Shown here: piece after piece, positions 38,784-48,193 of the stretch
Layout of the letters: each line of letters begins with the position of its first letter
How positions within the stretch are numbered: the first letter of the stretch is position 1
Program-made: the position numbers and the translations under genes
NCBI GenBank assembly: GCA_050949565.1
Contig: JBMNFY010000021.1
Span: forward strand, 1-64,000
Source of the DNA: Kiritimatiellia bacterium
Lineage (GTDB): Bacteria > Verrucomicrobiota > Kiritimatiellia > RFP12 > UBA1067
Direction: 5' to 3'
Length of the DNA stretch: 64,000 nt
Notes under the pieces: generated by a model
Told to the model about the DNA's origin: nothing
The model's input: only the letters and a program-made list of their open reading frames with translations
Databases searched by the model: none

Positions 38784-39917
38784 ATGACTAAGCTAAAAGT
38801 AGGCATGATCGGCGGCGGCGGTGGTTTCTTCGGTAAAGTCCATCAACGCGCGATCTCTCTGGACGCCACGCGCGAAGTCGTTGCGGGCGCGCTTCATCAA
38901 GACCCCGCACTCGGCGCAAAATTCGCTAACGAGTGGGGCATCAAAAGCTACACCGATTACGAAGCCATGATCGCAGATTGGCAAGCTGGCAAGCTCGAAC
39001 TGGACTACGTCACGATCGTCACGCCGAACTTCCTGCATGCCGAACAGGCCCTTGCCTGCATCAACGCCGGCCTGCCGGTCCTTTGCGAAAAGCCGATGTG
39101 CTACACGGTTGAAGAAGCCATGGCGATCAAGAAGGCGGTCAGAGCCAAGAAGAACAAGGTGCCGTTTGCGATCTCACATACTTATACCGGCCACCCGCAG
39201 ATGATGCTGGCGCGCGAGCTGGTCAAGCAGGGCAAGATCGGCAAGATCCGCAAGATCGAGACCTACTACAACCAGGGCTGGCTGGCGACGCTCGCCGAAA
39301 AGGAAGGCAACCAGCAGGCGTCATGGCGCACCGACCCTAAGAAGTCCGGCATCTCCGGCTGCGGCGGCGACATCGGCACCCACGCGCTCATCAACGCCCT
39401 CTGGACCACCGGCCTGGGTCTCAAGTCGGTCTCGGCCTATCTGACCGCCCTTCCCGGCCGCAAGCTGGACGACGACTTCAACGTCTTCGGCAAGCTTTCC
39501 AACGGCGGTACGCTGGTTCTGATCGCCTCGCAGATCGCGATCGGCCACAAGAACGACAACGGCTTCCGCCTCTTCGGCGAGACCGGCTCGATCGAGTGGT
39601 TCCAGGAGAACGCCGAGGAACTCCACTACTACGACGGCACCACGCGCGTCACCTACTTCCAGAACGCGCCGACCAAGGAAGTGCCGGACGTGCTCAAATC
39701 CTACGGCCGTATCCCGGCCGGGCACCACGAGGATTTCCTCGAGGCGTTGGGTAACCTGCACACCTCGTTCGAGCGTAAGATCCGCAAGATCAAGGGCGAG
39801 AAGAACGTACCGCCCGCCTACGACCACCCCGGCGTGGACGAAGGCGTACTCGGCATGAAGTTCCTCAAGGCCGCGGTCGAAAGCTCAAAGAAAAAGGGTG
39901 CTTGGACCCGAGTCTAA
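38784..39917 (+). CDS. Gfo/Idh/MocA family oxidoreductase
   Basis: GMIGGG, TPNFLH, CEKP and GDIGTH motifs. Confidence 0.9.
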   Translation: MTKLKVGMIGGGGGFFGKVHQRAISLDATREVVAGALHQDPALGAKFANEWGIKSYTDYEAMIADWQAGKLELDYVTIVTPNFLHAEQALACINAGLPVLCEKPMCYTVEEAMAIKKAVRAKKNKVPFAISHTYTGHPQMMLARELVKQGKIGKIRKIETYYNQGWLATLAEKEGNQQASWRTDPKKSGISGCGGDIGTHALINALWTTGLGLKSVSAYLTALPGRKLDDDFNVFGKLSNGGTLVLIASQIAIGHKNDNGFRLFGETGSIEWFQENAEELHYYDGTTRVTYFQNAPTKEVPDVLKSYGRIPAGHHEDFLEALGNLHTSFERKIRKIKGEKNVPPAYDHPGVDEGVLGMKFLKAAVESSKKKGAWTRV

Positions 39918-39950
39918 GCGATTTTTACTTGATCGGCATGATTTTGTCCG

Positions 39951-39979
39951 TTGACAACCTCACGCCGATCAAGTACATT
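39951..39979 (+). promoter_or_regulatory. Sigma70 promoter of tRNA-Asn
   Basis: TTGACA-17bp-TACATT about 50 bp upstream of the tRNA. Confidence 0.7.
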
Positions 39980-40027
39980 ACGCCCCTGTTTTCTTCCCTG
40001 CGGAAGAACAAGCGCAACGAATTTTAT

Positions 40028-40102
40028 TCCGGCGTAGCGCAGCGGTAGCGCAGTTGGCTGTTAACCAATTGGTCGCTGGTTCGAATCCAGCCGCCGGAGC
40101 CA
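40028..40102 (+). tRNA. tRNA-Asn(GTT)
   Basis: Acceptor stem TCCGGCG/CGCCGGA; anticodon arm TTGG-CTGTTAA-CCAA; GTTCGAATC T-loop; encoded CCA. Confidence 0.97.
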
Positions 40103-40635
40103 TTTTTGAACCCCGTTTTTATTGAAAAACCCCAATAAAAGCGGGGTTTTTCATTTATACCGCCCGTTTGCCCGTTTTCCGTGAAACACCCTGAAAAGGC
40201 TTGAAAAAGAGGGGGCATTTACACACACAAACACACACACAAAACAGGGGGTGAAAACGCGCCGATACGCTTGCCCGCTTGGGGTTTTCAGTGTTTTGGG
40301 GGTTTCGCGCCGCCCGTTGCGCCCGTCCGTGTGTGTGTTTTGCGTTACACACACAAAATTGCAGCCCGAAACGCAGAAATATCAACGCCCGCTTGGATGA
40401 AACGGCGTTTTCAACGGTCAAAAGCCGCCCCGTGTGTGTGTTTTCGCCGCCAACACGCACCGCCGCCCCGCCCCGCCCCGGCCCCTCGGTCCGGTCGGCC
40501 CCGCTTCGCCTGTGCCGCCGGTTTTGTCAGAATCGCCGGAATTGCGCAAAATCTCGCGCCTGTTGCGTTCGCGCCGATAGACTAGGGAATGTACCGCCCA
40601 AGCCCTAAAACGCGCCAGATGCGATTCTGACGCGA

Positions 40636-40959
40636 TTAGCGGCCAAGCCGCCGCTTTATGTCGGCAACCAGACCGGCCATCGCCGGACGGAGCCTGCCGC
40701 CCGGCCCCCAGGCCTCGGCCTCTTCGAGAAAAAATCTCGCAAGCTGCCGGTGCCCGGCCCGCCGTATCGCCTCGAGTGCCGTCCGTTCGCCGTCGTTAGC
40801 GGCCTCGGACATGTGTTCGGTAATGAGAACATCGAAGCGTACGCGCCGCATGCCGGAAAACCGCCGCGCCGCCGCAAGACAGGAAGCCGCTGCGGCTTCA
40901 GGGTCTAAAGACTCAAGTGCTTTTAACGTTGCTTGAAGGGTTTCGGTGTCGTTTTTCAT
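40636..40959 (-). CDS. Hypothetical protein of the integrative element
   Basis: 107-aa ATG ORF with AAGG RBS, co-oriented with the other element genes. Confidence 0.6.
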   Translation of the reverse strand: MKNDTETLQATLKALESLDPEAAAASCLAAARRFSGMRRVRFDVLITEHMSEAANDGERTALEAIRRAGHRQLARFFLEEAEAWGPGGRLRPAMAGLVADIKRRLGR

Positions 40960-41150
40960 GGTGTCGCCTTTGTGGTGGGGGGCGCGTTCGGTTACTCACT
41001 TTTTATGCGTTACTCCGCCCCCTGGGGTCTCGTCGTAAAAGTGTTGGAAAGGACCCACAAGGGGGCGGGTGGGTGCCTGAAAAAAGATCCCGGTGCGGTT
41101 TTTAGGGGCCGGGCTCTCCCTGAAAGGTCGGCAACCGCTGCCTCCGACGT

Positions 41151-41393
41151 TCAGTCCTCCAGCGGGGCGGGCATCGAAAGGCCGTGCGCCTTCAGCAATG
41201 CCGACACGTCTGCTTTCGCAGGCAAACCGACCCGCTCCCAACCCGGATCGCGGGTGATCAACAGTCGCGCCCGTTCGCGGTCTTTATGCGTTGGAAACCT
41301 CCGGAAGTTGACCAGTGCGCAGGCATATGCAAACGTCAACTTTTCCAGAAGGTCGGTCGTGTTTGGGTCAATGACGGTCGGTTCTAGTGACAT
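41151..41393 (-). CDS. Small hypothetical protein, paralog of 41411-41662
   Basis: AAGGAGGA RBS; aligns with its neighbour. Confidence 0.7.
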   Translation of the reverse strand: MSLEPTVIDPNTTDLLEKLTFAYACALVNFRRFPTHKDRERARLLITRDPGWERVGLPAKADVSALLKAHGLSMPAPLED

Positions 41394-41410
41394 GATTTTC
41401 TCCTCCTTGC

Positions 41411-41662
41411 TTAGGTTTTTTTAACGCGGCGGACAACAGGCGGCGTGAAGCCGTATTGTCGCAGTAGCACCGTGCACTCGGATTCGGTCGGCGCGCAGAA
41501 TTTTGCATACGCCGGGTCGCTGACGATCTCCTGACGCGCCGCTTTCACCTCGTTCGGCTTAGGATACCCGCCGCCGTGATGCGCGCGGTACTTCAGGAAC
41601 GCGTGCGCGATTGCCAGCTGCTCAATGAGCGTGGCGCGCTCGGATTGTAGCATGATTGCCAT
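41411..41662 (-). CDS. Small hypothetical protein, paralog of 41151-41393
   Basis: AAGGAAGG RBS; aligns with its neighbour. Confidence 0.7.
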   Translation of the reverse strand: MAIMLQSERATLIEQLAIAHAFLKYRAHHGGGYPKPNEVKAARQEIVSDPAYAKFCAPTESECTVLLRQYGFTPPVVRRVKKT

Positions 41663-41726
41663 GTTTTCCTTCCTTTCTGCCGGGTCGCCCCGGCGTTGTT
41701 GTCCAGCGCACTGTGCGCTGAAGTTG

Positions 41727-42536
41727 TCAAAATTCCCTGCAATGCTCGCAGCTTTTCGGTTCCGTCTTCACAAACTTTGAGCACCATCTTTTTTCATCGT
41801 CCCAATATCGGCAACGCGCCGCGCAATCCTTCCAGATAGGGCGTTCAGGCTTCACCGCTGCAGGTGCCGCCGACGGTATGGGTGCAACGCGCTCGCGGCT
41901 CGCCCAAGTTGCGATTCGCCGCGGCAACTCGAAAAACTTCTCACTTTGGAACCGGCACTTCCCCCGCGTGTTCTGCTCTAGCCAATAACTGACAAACGCC
42001 TCAAGTTGCTGCTCGGTCAATCTGCCGCAGTTCGCAGCCTGTGCCCTTTCTTGAAAATTGTCAGGTGTGAGAGCTCGTGCGGCGTCAGCCGCCTCTCTCT
42101 CTCTTGTTTCCTTGTTAATCTCTAGAGAGATATTGTTACTCTTAATCTCGGTCATCAAGCGACGCCTTGACTCCACAACCCTTGTGGAGTTTTGACCCAA
42201 GGGTTGTGGAGTTTTGACACAAGGTGACACGCTTGCTTTCAAAGTGTATTTTGACGGCTCGCGGTTGCGCCGGTCGGTGCCGTAGCGCTCTTCGATTGTG
42301 AGCAAGCCAATATCGCACAGGCAACGGAGGGCCGAAAGCACTGGCTTGTATGTTAAGCCTGCGGCCCGGGCTATGGCGTTGACCGGGACCGTCAGTTCGC
42401 AACTGCCGCCCGCGTTCGCAAGGCTCAAGAGCGCACACCAAACGGCGATCAGCGACGGGCCGTTTTTTTCGCCCGCATGATCGAGGATCGTTTCAATGTC
42501 CCGCCGCCCAACCGGGAACCAGCCGACCGCGTTCAT
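41727..42536 (-). CDS. Putative phage-type replication initiator (N-terminal wHTH)
   Basis: VNAIARAAGLTYKPVLSALRCL HTH; low-complexity linker; FVSYW...RRIATW C-domain; AAGGAG RBS. Confidence 0.55.
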   Translation of the reverse strand: MNAVGWFPVGRRDIETILDHAGEKNGPSLIAVWCALLSLANAGGSCELTVPVNAIARAAGLTYKPVLSALRCLCDIGLLTIEERYGTDRRNREPSKYTLKASVSPCVKTPQPLGQNSTRVVESRRRLMTEIKSNNISLEINKETREREAADAARALTPDNFQERAQAANCGRLTEQQLEAFVSYWLEQNTRGKCRFQSEKFFELPRRIATWASRERVAPIPSAAPAAVKPERPIWKDCAARCRYWDDEKRWCSKFVKTEPKSCEHCREF

Positions 42537-42769
42537 GGCCGGCTCCTTTTTTGACTTCGGCGATATTCGGACAGCAGCCGCTCGGCTTGCCGCAACCGGT
42601 AAGCGTGGGCGTCTGCCGCGTCCTTGCACCGTTCGCAAAGCGGCGTCGCTCCATGAACCGACGGCGCAGCCCGCGCCCCGCATGAGGCGCAATGGCGTTG
42701 ACGGCAAGCGGCGTCAGGCGCGTTCCGGAAACGGCAAAGAACATAGTGGGTGGTTGTTCCGGTCTTCAT
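42533..42769 (-). CDS. Small Cys-containing hypothetical protein
   Basis: ATGA overlaps with both neighbours; CASC and CERC motifs. Confidence 0.5.
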   Translation of the reverse strand: MKTGTTTHYVLCRFRNAPDAACRQRHCASCGARAAPSVHGATPLCERCKDAADAHAYRLRQAERLLSEYRRSQKRSRP

Positions 42770-43056
42770 GCCGCACCGCCTTTCACAAGCGCCGTGATCG
42801 CTTCGGACGGGATGCGCCGTGAGCCTTTCCGCAACTCGATAAACGGCAACCTGCCGTCGCGCAACAACCGCCAAACCGTTGTGCGGCTCACGTTCAGCGC
42901 CCGCGCCGTCTGCGCGATTGTCAACAAACGCCGGTCGGTCGGCTCGGTCGCGCCCTCGGTCGGTTCGCCGGTTAACACGCGGTCAACGCGCCGCAGCGTG
43001 TCGGGGGTTGCCGCAAGCAGCAGGGTCATTCGTTGTTCTGTAGTTAGGGTTTGCAT
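42766..43056 (-). CDS. Excisionase-like HTH protein
   Basis: LLTIAQTARALNVSRTTVWRLLRDGRLP...RRIP; GAGG RBS. Confidence 0.85.
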   Translation of the reverse strand: MQTLTTEQRMTLLLAATPDTLRRVDRVLTGEPTEGATEPTDRRLLTIAQTARALNVSRTTVWRLLRDGRLPFIELRKGSRRIPSEAITALVKGGAA

Positions 43057-43261
43057 GTGCCACCTCGTTTTTGTGCAGGCGCACCATGCGCCCGCTCGGT
43101 GACACCTTCAGCCCTAAAACGGAAAAACGCCGGAAAAGTGCCGGAATAAAAAAAGCCCTTTTCTGGGGGTTCGATCAGGAACAAACAGAAAACCCCGCCC
43201 GGCATTGGCCGAAACGGGGTTGAACATTGCGCAATCTTTTTGTGTCGCGCCTCTTGACAAG

Positions 43262-43885
43262 CTATCCGGCACTTTTCCGGCGTTTTCGGTTGTGTTTTGG
43301 AATCAACCCGTGTTTACGGGCACATTCTTTGCAATTCTGAAAATCTTTTGCAGTCTTGATGCACACGGGCAAGGTGTCCTTATGCTCCTCAAAGCAGTCG
43401 CGTTCACGGCCTCCCATTTTATGCGTGTTGTGATTGCGCCGCCATGCCACCCAAATAGCGGCAACTTTTTCTAGTGCCTGTAGCGTCCACTCGGTACGGT
43501 CGGATTGCGTCACGGCTTGCCGTTGCTTGGTTTTCGGCTTGTTGGCCGGGGCCGCGTCCGCTTTGATCCGCTCGGCAATCGTTCGCAGGTCGGCGCGTTC
43601 ACGCTCCCGGTCTGCGGCCTCTTTCACCGCAGCCGGATTGAGCCGACCAGCAGCCACTTCTGTGAGGATTTTGTGCGCGTCGTTAAACCCGAGTATGTCT
43701 CGCCCGTCCCGGTACAGGATTTTGCACAGGGCCGGGTAATCATGCAGCACCGATCTAATGCCGTCCGGTGTCGGCTGGTTGTCGGCCAGCCATCGCAAGG
43801 CGTTGTCAACGACCGCTTGGTAATGCGGCCCTCTTTTGGGAGGGTTTGGTCTGTAAGGTGGTGCAGGTTGTAAGTCATAGCTCAT
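43262..43885 (-). CDS. Hypothetical protein coupled to the integrase
   Basis: ATGA overlap with the integrase stop; basic C-terminus. Confidence 0.65.
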   Translation of the reverse strand: MSYDLQPAPPYRPNPPKRGPHYQAVVDNALRWLADNQPTPDGIRSVLHDYPALCKILYRDGRDILGFNDAHKILTEVAAGRLNPAAVKEAADRERERADLRTIAERIKADAAPANKPKTKQRQAVTQSDRTEWTLQALEKVAAIWVAWRRNHNTHKMGGRERDCFEEHKDTLPVCIKTAKDFQNCKECARKHGLIPKHNRKRRKSAG

Positions 43886-45501
43886 TGTTCGCCCTCCTTG
43901 AGGAGTTTTTGGAGTGCCGCCCGGTCAGCCGGCGACAAGGTTTTCAGTTGCGCCGCAAGCCCGGCAACGCCCGCGCCGATCTGACGGGGGGTCTCGCCGT
44001 TGCCGGTCAGCACGCCGGGAAGCTTGTCGCCCAAAACCGCCCGCAGGTGCGCCGCCTGCGGTTGAAAATAATGCCGCAACACAACGTCAACCGTTTGATG
44101 GCCGGTCACAAGCTTGCAAAGCTCAACCGGGACGCCCGCCGCAAGCGCAAGCGTTACCCACGACGTTCGCAAACTGTGCCAGTCGGTTACGCTCGCCCGT
44201 TGCGCCCGCCCCGGCGCGTCAAGCCGGGTCAGCCGTGATATTTTCTCTTTGATGCTGCCGCCCCGCGCCTGTTCCGGCATGAAACGCACACCTGCCAGCC
44301 GTTCGGCTTCGTGTAAATCAGCCGACACAACAGACCGCGCCCGCCCCGTCCGTTTCTCGATCTCTCGGATGCTCGCCCCTTGCGCGTAAAGTTTCGCCGT
44401 CTCGGTCACGCGGTCGCGCCGCAAGCCGTCCAGTTTCGCTTGTACGGCGTTCAAGACTTCGGGCAGCACGTCGGCAAGGGTCACGCGCCCCGGCGCGTCC
44501 TGTGCGTCCTGTGGCGCGTCCTGTGCCTCTTCGGGGTCTGCCATGATCGAAGCGGCTAATTTTTTGAAACGCCACGTCAAGCCCGTAGGGTTGACCTTGT
44601 GCATCCGCGCCGCGTCCGGCCAAACAAAAACCGCGTCCGGCTCGCGTTCGGCAAGCGCCGTCTCCAGAACGGCCCGCAGGGAATCAAAAATCGGTATTTG
44701 AACGCTCGCCCCGGTCTTTGACGTTTTGACCGCCAGGACGCCCGCCCGCAGGTCAACGCTTCCCCACTTCAAGCCGCACACGTCACCAAGCCGCAAGCCC
44801 GTACACGCCGCGCAAGTGATAAGGGGATATAAAAACGGGTCGGGACGCGCCGCCTCGAATAGTGCCGCAAGCTCGCCCGCCGTGAACGGTCTGCGGTGAA
44901 CCGTGCCGCCGTCGCTGTCCCGCCCCCTGCGGCATATGCCGCCCTCGAACGGATTGGCCGCGCCGGGGGGCAGCAGACGCCGGAAAGCCGACCTAAGCAG
45001 GTTGGTCACGTCTTGCTGTGTTTTCCTCGAATAGCCCCGCAGGGTCTCTAAATAAGCCGCCGCCTGTTCGGGTTTGACTTCATGCAGGTACTCGCAAGGC
45101 ACCGCCGCCGCAAACCGGGCAAAAACCGTGTCGCACCATTGTAACCACGCCGCGCCCGGCTTAGTTTCCCGCCTCAAACCGCGCCATGCCGCTGCCAGGT
45201 CCACTAGTTTGAGATACTCCACCTTTTGGCCGGTCTTCGACTCAATTAACCGCGCGGTCAGGTGGTCGGCCCGGCCTTGTTGCCTCGCCTCGCTCTGATA
45301 GGCTTCGAGTTCTTTTTGCGCCCGCGCCCGGCTCGCCTCAAAAATGGCGTTGCCGGTTTCCCGCAGACTGCCGGGGAAATGTCTGACCGGTAACGTCTCG
45401 GTCAGCGCGATAACGCGCCGCTTGCCGTTGCCGTCCACATAAGAACCGTACCAGCGCTTGCGGAGTTCGCCGCCCCGCCCGTATCTGACTTCAAGCCCCA
45501 T
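43882..45501 (-). CDS. Tyrosine recombinase/integrase with an internal HTH insertion
   Basis: TGLRLGD, KTSKT, WHSLR, TGH and HY catalytic residues. Confidence 0.9.
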   Translation of the reverse strand: MGLEVRYGRGGELRKRWYGSYVDGNGKRRVIALTETLPVRHFPGSLRETGNAIFEASRARAQKELEAYQSEARQQGRADHLTARLIESKTGQKVEYLKLVDLAAAWRGLRRETKPGAAWLQWCDTVFARFAAAVPCEYLHEVKPEQAAAYLETLRGYSRKTQQDVTNLLRSAFRRLLPPGAANPFEGGICRRGRDSDGGTVHRRPFTAGELAALFEAARPDPFLYPLITCAACTGLRLGDVCGLKWGSVDLRAGVLAVKTSKTGASVQIPIFDSLRAVLETALAEREPDAVFVWPDAARMHKVNPTGLTWRFKKLAASIMADPEEAQDAPQDAQDAPGRVTLADVLPEVLNAVQAKLDGLRRDRVTETAKLYAQGASIREIEKRTGRARSVVSADLHEAERLAGVRFMPEQARGGSIKEKISRLTRLDAPGRAQRASVTDWHSLRTSWVTLALAAGVPVELCKLVTGHQTVDVVLRHYFQPQAAHLRAVLGDKLPGVLTGNGETPRQIGAGVAGLAAQLKTLSPADRAALQKLLKEGEQ

Positions 45502-45680
45502 AACCGCCCCCTTTTCCAGTGTTTTGAAACAACAGGAACGATTTTGACCGAACGGGGACGGAATAGCAAGCGGAAAACACACACAATAACAAACACACTT
45601 TTTTTGACGGGTCAAATCATGCGGTTTCATTGGGGTTTTCGCATTATCGCAGTTGGCTGTTAACCAATTGGTTTTACTAC

Positions 45681-45720
45681 AAACGCCCGACCAGACATCT
45701 GGCCGGGCGTTTGTTTTTTT
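45681..45720 (+). terminator. Rho-independent terminator
   Basis: AAACGCCCG...CGGGCGTTT hairpin followed by a T-tract. Confidence 0.75.
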
Positions 45721-45868
45721 GTTGGCTCCACCGGGTTCGCCACCTGACTGAGACTACCAAAAGATTTGACAGAAAGATGAAAAAATCCGTAAACTCGTCC
45801 CACTCAATTTTGATGAAGGAAGCACGTCGATGGTATCGTCGACCAACAGAAGGAAGGGATGAGGCGAC

Positions 45869-46867
45869 ATGGCCGCACTACCGCCAAAACAAATCGTTGC
45901 AGCAGTAATTGATGCCTTTACCGAGGCCGGCGCATCTGCCGTTCTCATATCTGACATGCGCGCCTATCCCCGTCGTTTCTACATCGTCGCGGGCGAATCG
46001 TCTTTTCCTGTGTGGATTTACATCTGGACGTTGACGCATGGTGGCGGCACTGCGAGACCGCGAGACGAATACAGGATCCAATTGACGGGTGTTACGCCGC
46101 CCCTGCCTGAGAATCCCGATGGTCCGACCCTTTTGCTCGGATATGAAGAAAACACCAAATGCTTTGCGGGATTTGATCTTCGAAAACGTCGGGAGTTTTC
46201 ACCCAAGTCACCTTCGATTCAGATCAACATCAACACGCTTCGCAATGCGATCAGGGACGGCTTTGCGTTTACACGAAAAGGAAACGACGAAATAGCCGTG
46301 GGCTTTCGCCCCGACAATATCCTTGCCTATACCCTGAATGCCGAGAGTTTGCATGAAAGCGGTGTAGATGCCCGTGTTTCGGACGCGCTTAATAAAGTGA
46401 CACGGTTTGAAAATTTGACAGATACGGAAATCAACGCGATACCGGCAGACCGGCAAAGAGTTGTCACAAAAGTAGCGCGATTGAGCAGAGACAGCGATTT
46501 CCGGCGCAAGGTTACGGTTGCCTATGATCGCAAATGCGCTGTCACCGGCTTGCAACTTCGCCTTATCGATGCCGCGCACATCCTCCCCGTAGGCGCTGAA
46601 GGCAGTACAGACGAAGTAACGAATGGTATCTGCCTGTCTCCGACATACCATAGAGCGTATGATCGAGGGCTGATATTCCTGACAGACGATTATCGGATGA
46701 CGATCAACACTGCCATGAAGTGTGACCTTGTGCGACTCGGACTCGGCGGTGGACTTGCTGATTTTGAGGCTCATTTGGAGCGTGAAATATTCCTGCCTGC
46801 GGATCGTCGCCAGTGGCCGAATGCTGACTACATTAGGGCGGCAAACGCTGTCCGCGCGTCTCGATAA
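45869..46867 (+). CDS. HNH endonuclease (putative restriction enzyme)
   Basis: RDSDFRRKV..AYDRKCAVTG, IDAAHI and NGICLSPTYHRAYDRG motifs. Confidence 0.88.
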   Translation: MAALPPKQIVAAVIDAFTEAGASAVLISDMRAYPRRFYIVAGESSFPVWIYIWTLTHGGGTARPRDEYRIQLTGVTPPLPENPDGPTLLLGYEENTKCFAGFDLRKRREFSPKSPSIQININTLRNAIRDGFAFTRKGNDEIAVGFRPDNILAYTLNAESLHESGVDARVSDALNKVTRFENLTDTEINAIPADRQRVVTKVARLSRDSDFRRKVTVAYDRKCAVTGLQLRLIDAAHILPVGAEGSTDEVTNGICLSPTYHRAYDRGLIFLTDDYRMTINTAMKCDLVRLGLGGGLADFEAHLEREIFLPADRRQWPNADYIRAANAVRASR

Positions 46868-46872
46868 TGGCC

Positions 46873-46914
46873 CTACGACATGATGTTGACTCTGAATGGT
46901 TGTTGTAGTACGGT
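46873..46914 (+). promoter_or_regulatory. Putative leaderless promoter with inverted-repeat operator for the methyltransferase
   Basis: TTGACT-17bp-TACGGT ending 7 nt before ATG 46922; CTACGACA...TGTTGTAG inverted repeat around the -35. Confidence 0.5.
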
Positions 46915-46921
46915 AACTCCC

Positions 46922-48193
46922 ATGCCTAGGCCAAAAAGCAATAATCCGCGGAGTCGGATGGTCAACTTCCGTCTTACCGCTAGTGAATACAGTGAAATGG
47001 AGACCGCAGCGTCATCCGCCGGCTTCGCATCGCTGAGCGATTATATCCGTCATCTTCACAGATCTGCATGTCCGCCCGAAGAGTCCGACGCCATTAAGGA
47101 ACAACCATATTTGTACGATGTTCTCGAACCTAAAATTTACGAAAAAACAAAATTCGGCCATATCTATCTTGGAGATTCTCTGGGCCTTCTGCACAAGACC
47201 CTAGAGCCCGAGTCTGTCGATCTGGTTCTTACATCCCCACCGTTCGGCCTTGTGAGGAAGAAGGCATATGGTAACGAGGATGCTGATCAATATGTTGAGT
47301 GGTTCAGGCCATTTGCCGAAGGCATTCGTCATGTTCTAAAGAAGCAGGGCAGTTTGGTTATCGACATAGGCAGTGCGTGGGAGTCTGGCATTCCAACGAA
47401 GTCCCTTTATCACTTTGAACTGTTATTGACCCTATGCCGGGATTATGGATTTCATTTATGCCAAGAACACTACTGGTGGAATCCGGCAAAGCTTCCCACT
47501 CCTGCTGAGTGGGTGAACATCCGCCGTATTCGTGTCAAAGATGCGGTCAATTGCATTTGGTGGCTCTCACGTACCCCTTGGCCCAAGGCATCAAACAAAC
47601 GTGTTCTTGCACCCTATAGTGAGTCCATGAAATCACTCCTCAAGAATGGCTACACTCCAAAGTTACGTCCCTCTGGACATGATATTTCCACCAAGTTCGG
47701 GCGTGATAACAGGGGTTCTGTTCCTCCAAATCTGATTGCTCTTGCAAATACGGAATCGAATGGAGTCTATCAAGAGTACTGTAAGACCAACGGACTGCCA
47801 GTGCATCCGGCCAGATTTCCTGCCGGAATTCCCGAATACTTTATTCGTATGCTTACTGATGAGGGTGACCTAGTAGTGGATCCGTTTGCAGGCTCGTGCG
47901 TCACGGGTGAAGTTGCCGAATCGCTGAAACGCAAATGGATATGCTGTGAACTCGTCGAAGACTACTTAAAAGGAGCGAGGGCACGGTTTATAGGACCGCG
48001 TCCGAAACTGCGCAAGACCGAAAACAAGCCGTATCAGATATTCCCCCCCTGCTCACTTAATAAGGAAGTGGACCCATCTCCTCTACCGGCAGATGGCGGT
48101 TTTAGTAGACCGCCGAAAAATGGAAAAAGACAGCCAACAACCGCCCGCACTTTACGACGTTACGTGCCGGAAGCGAGGCGCAATGTTGACTGA
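46922..48193 (+). CDS. Beta-class m4C DNA methyltransferase (M.PvuII-like) with an N-terminal RHH domain
   Basis: TSPPF precedes DPFAGS; WNPAKLPTPAEWVN, RPSGHDI and HPARFP recall M.PvuII; N-terminal VNFRLT...SLSDYIR. Confidence 0.88.
   Translation: MPRPKSNNPRSRMVNFRLTASEYSEMETAASSAGFASLSDYIRHLHRSACPPEESDAIKEQPYLYDVLEPKIYEKTKFGHIYLGDSLGLLHKTLEPESVDLVLTSPPFGLVRKKAYGNEDADQYVEWFRPFAEGIRHVLKKQGSLVIDIGSAWESGIPTKSLYHFELLLTLCRDYGFHLCQEHYWWNPAKLPTPAEWVNIRRIRVKDAVNCIWWLSRTPWPKASNKRVLAPYSESMKSLLKNGYTPKLRPSGHDISTKFGRDNRGSVPPNLIALANTESNGVYQEYCKTNGLPVHPARFPAGIPEYFIRMLTDEGDLVVDPFAGSCVTGEVAESLKRKWICCELVEDYLKGARARFIGPRPKLRKTENKPYQIFPPCSLNKEVDPSPLPADGGFSRPPKNGKRQPTTARTLRRYVPEARRNVD

Larger units (their letters stand above)
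40049..45672 (-). mobile_element. 5.6-kb integrative element at tRNA-Asn
   Basis: 25-bp direct repeat CGCAGTTGGCTGTTAACCAATTGGT at 40049-40073 and 45648-45672; integrase next to the distal repeat; all genes co-oriented. Confidence 0.88.

Noticed and set aside
13717-40102. Functional link between insertions at asnS and at tRNA-Asn
   Set aside because: The two duplicated sequences share no similarity and lie 26 kb apart; treated as coincidence
40024-40218. ORF containing GSGGWIRTSDQLVNSQLRYRCATPE
   Set aside because: Typical antisense translation of a tRNA gene
40074-45647. Complete prophage or conjugative element
   Set aside because: No recognisable structural, terminase, relaxase or T4SS genes within the att repeats
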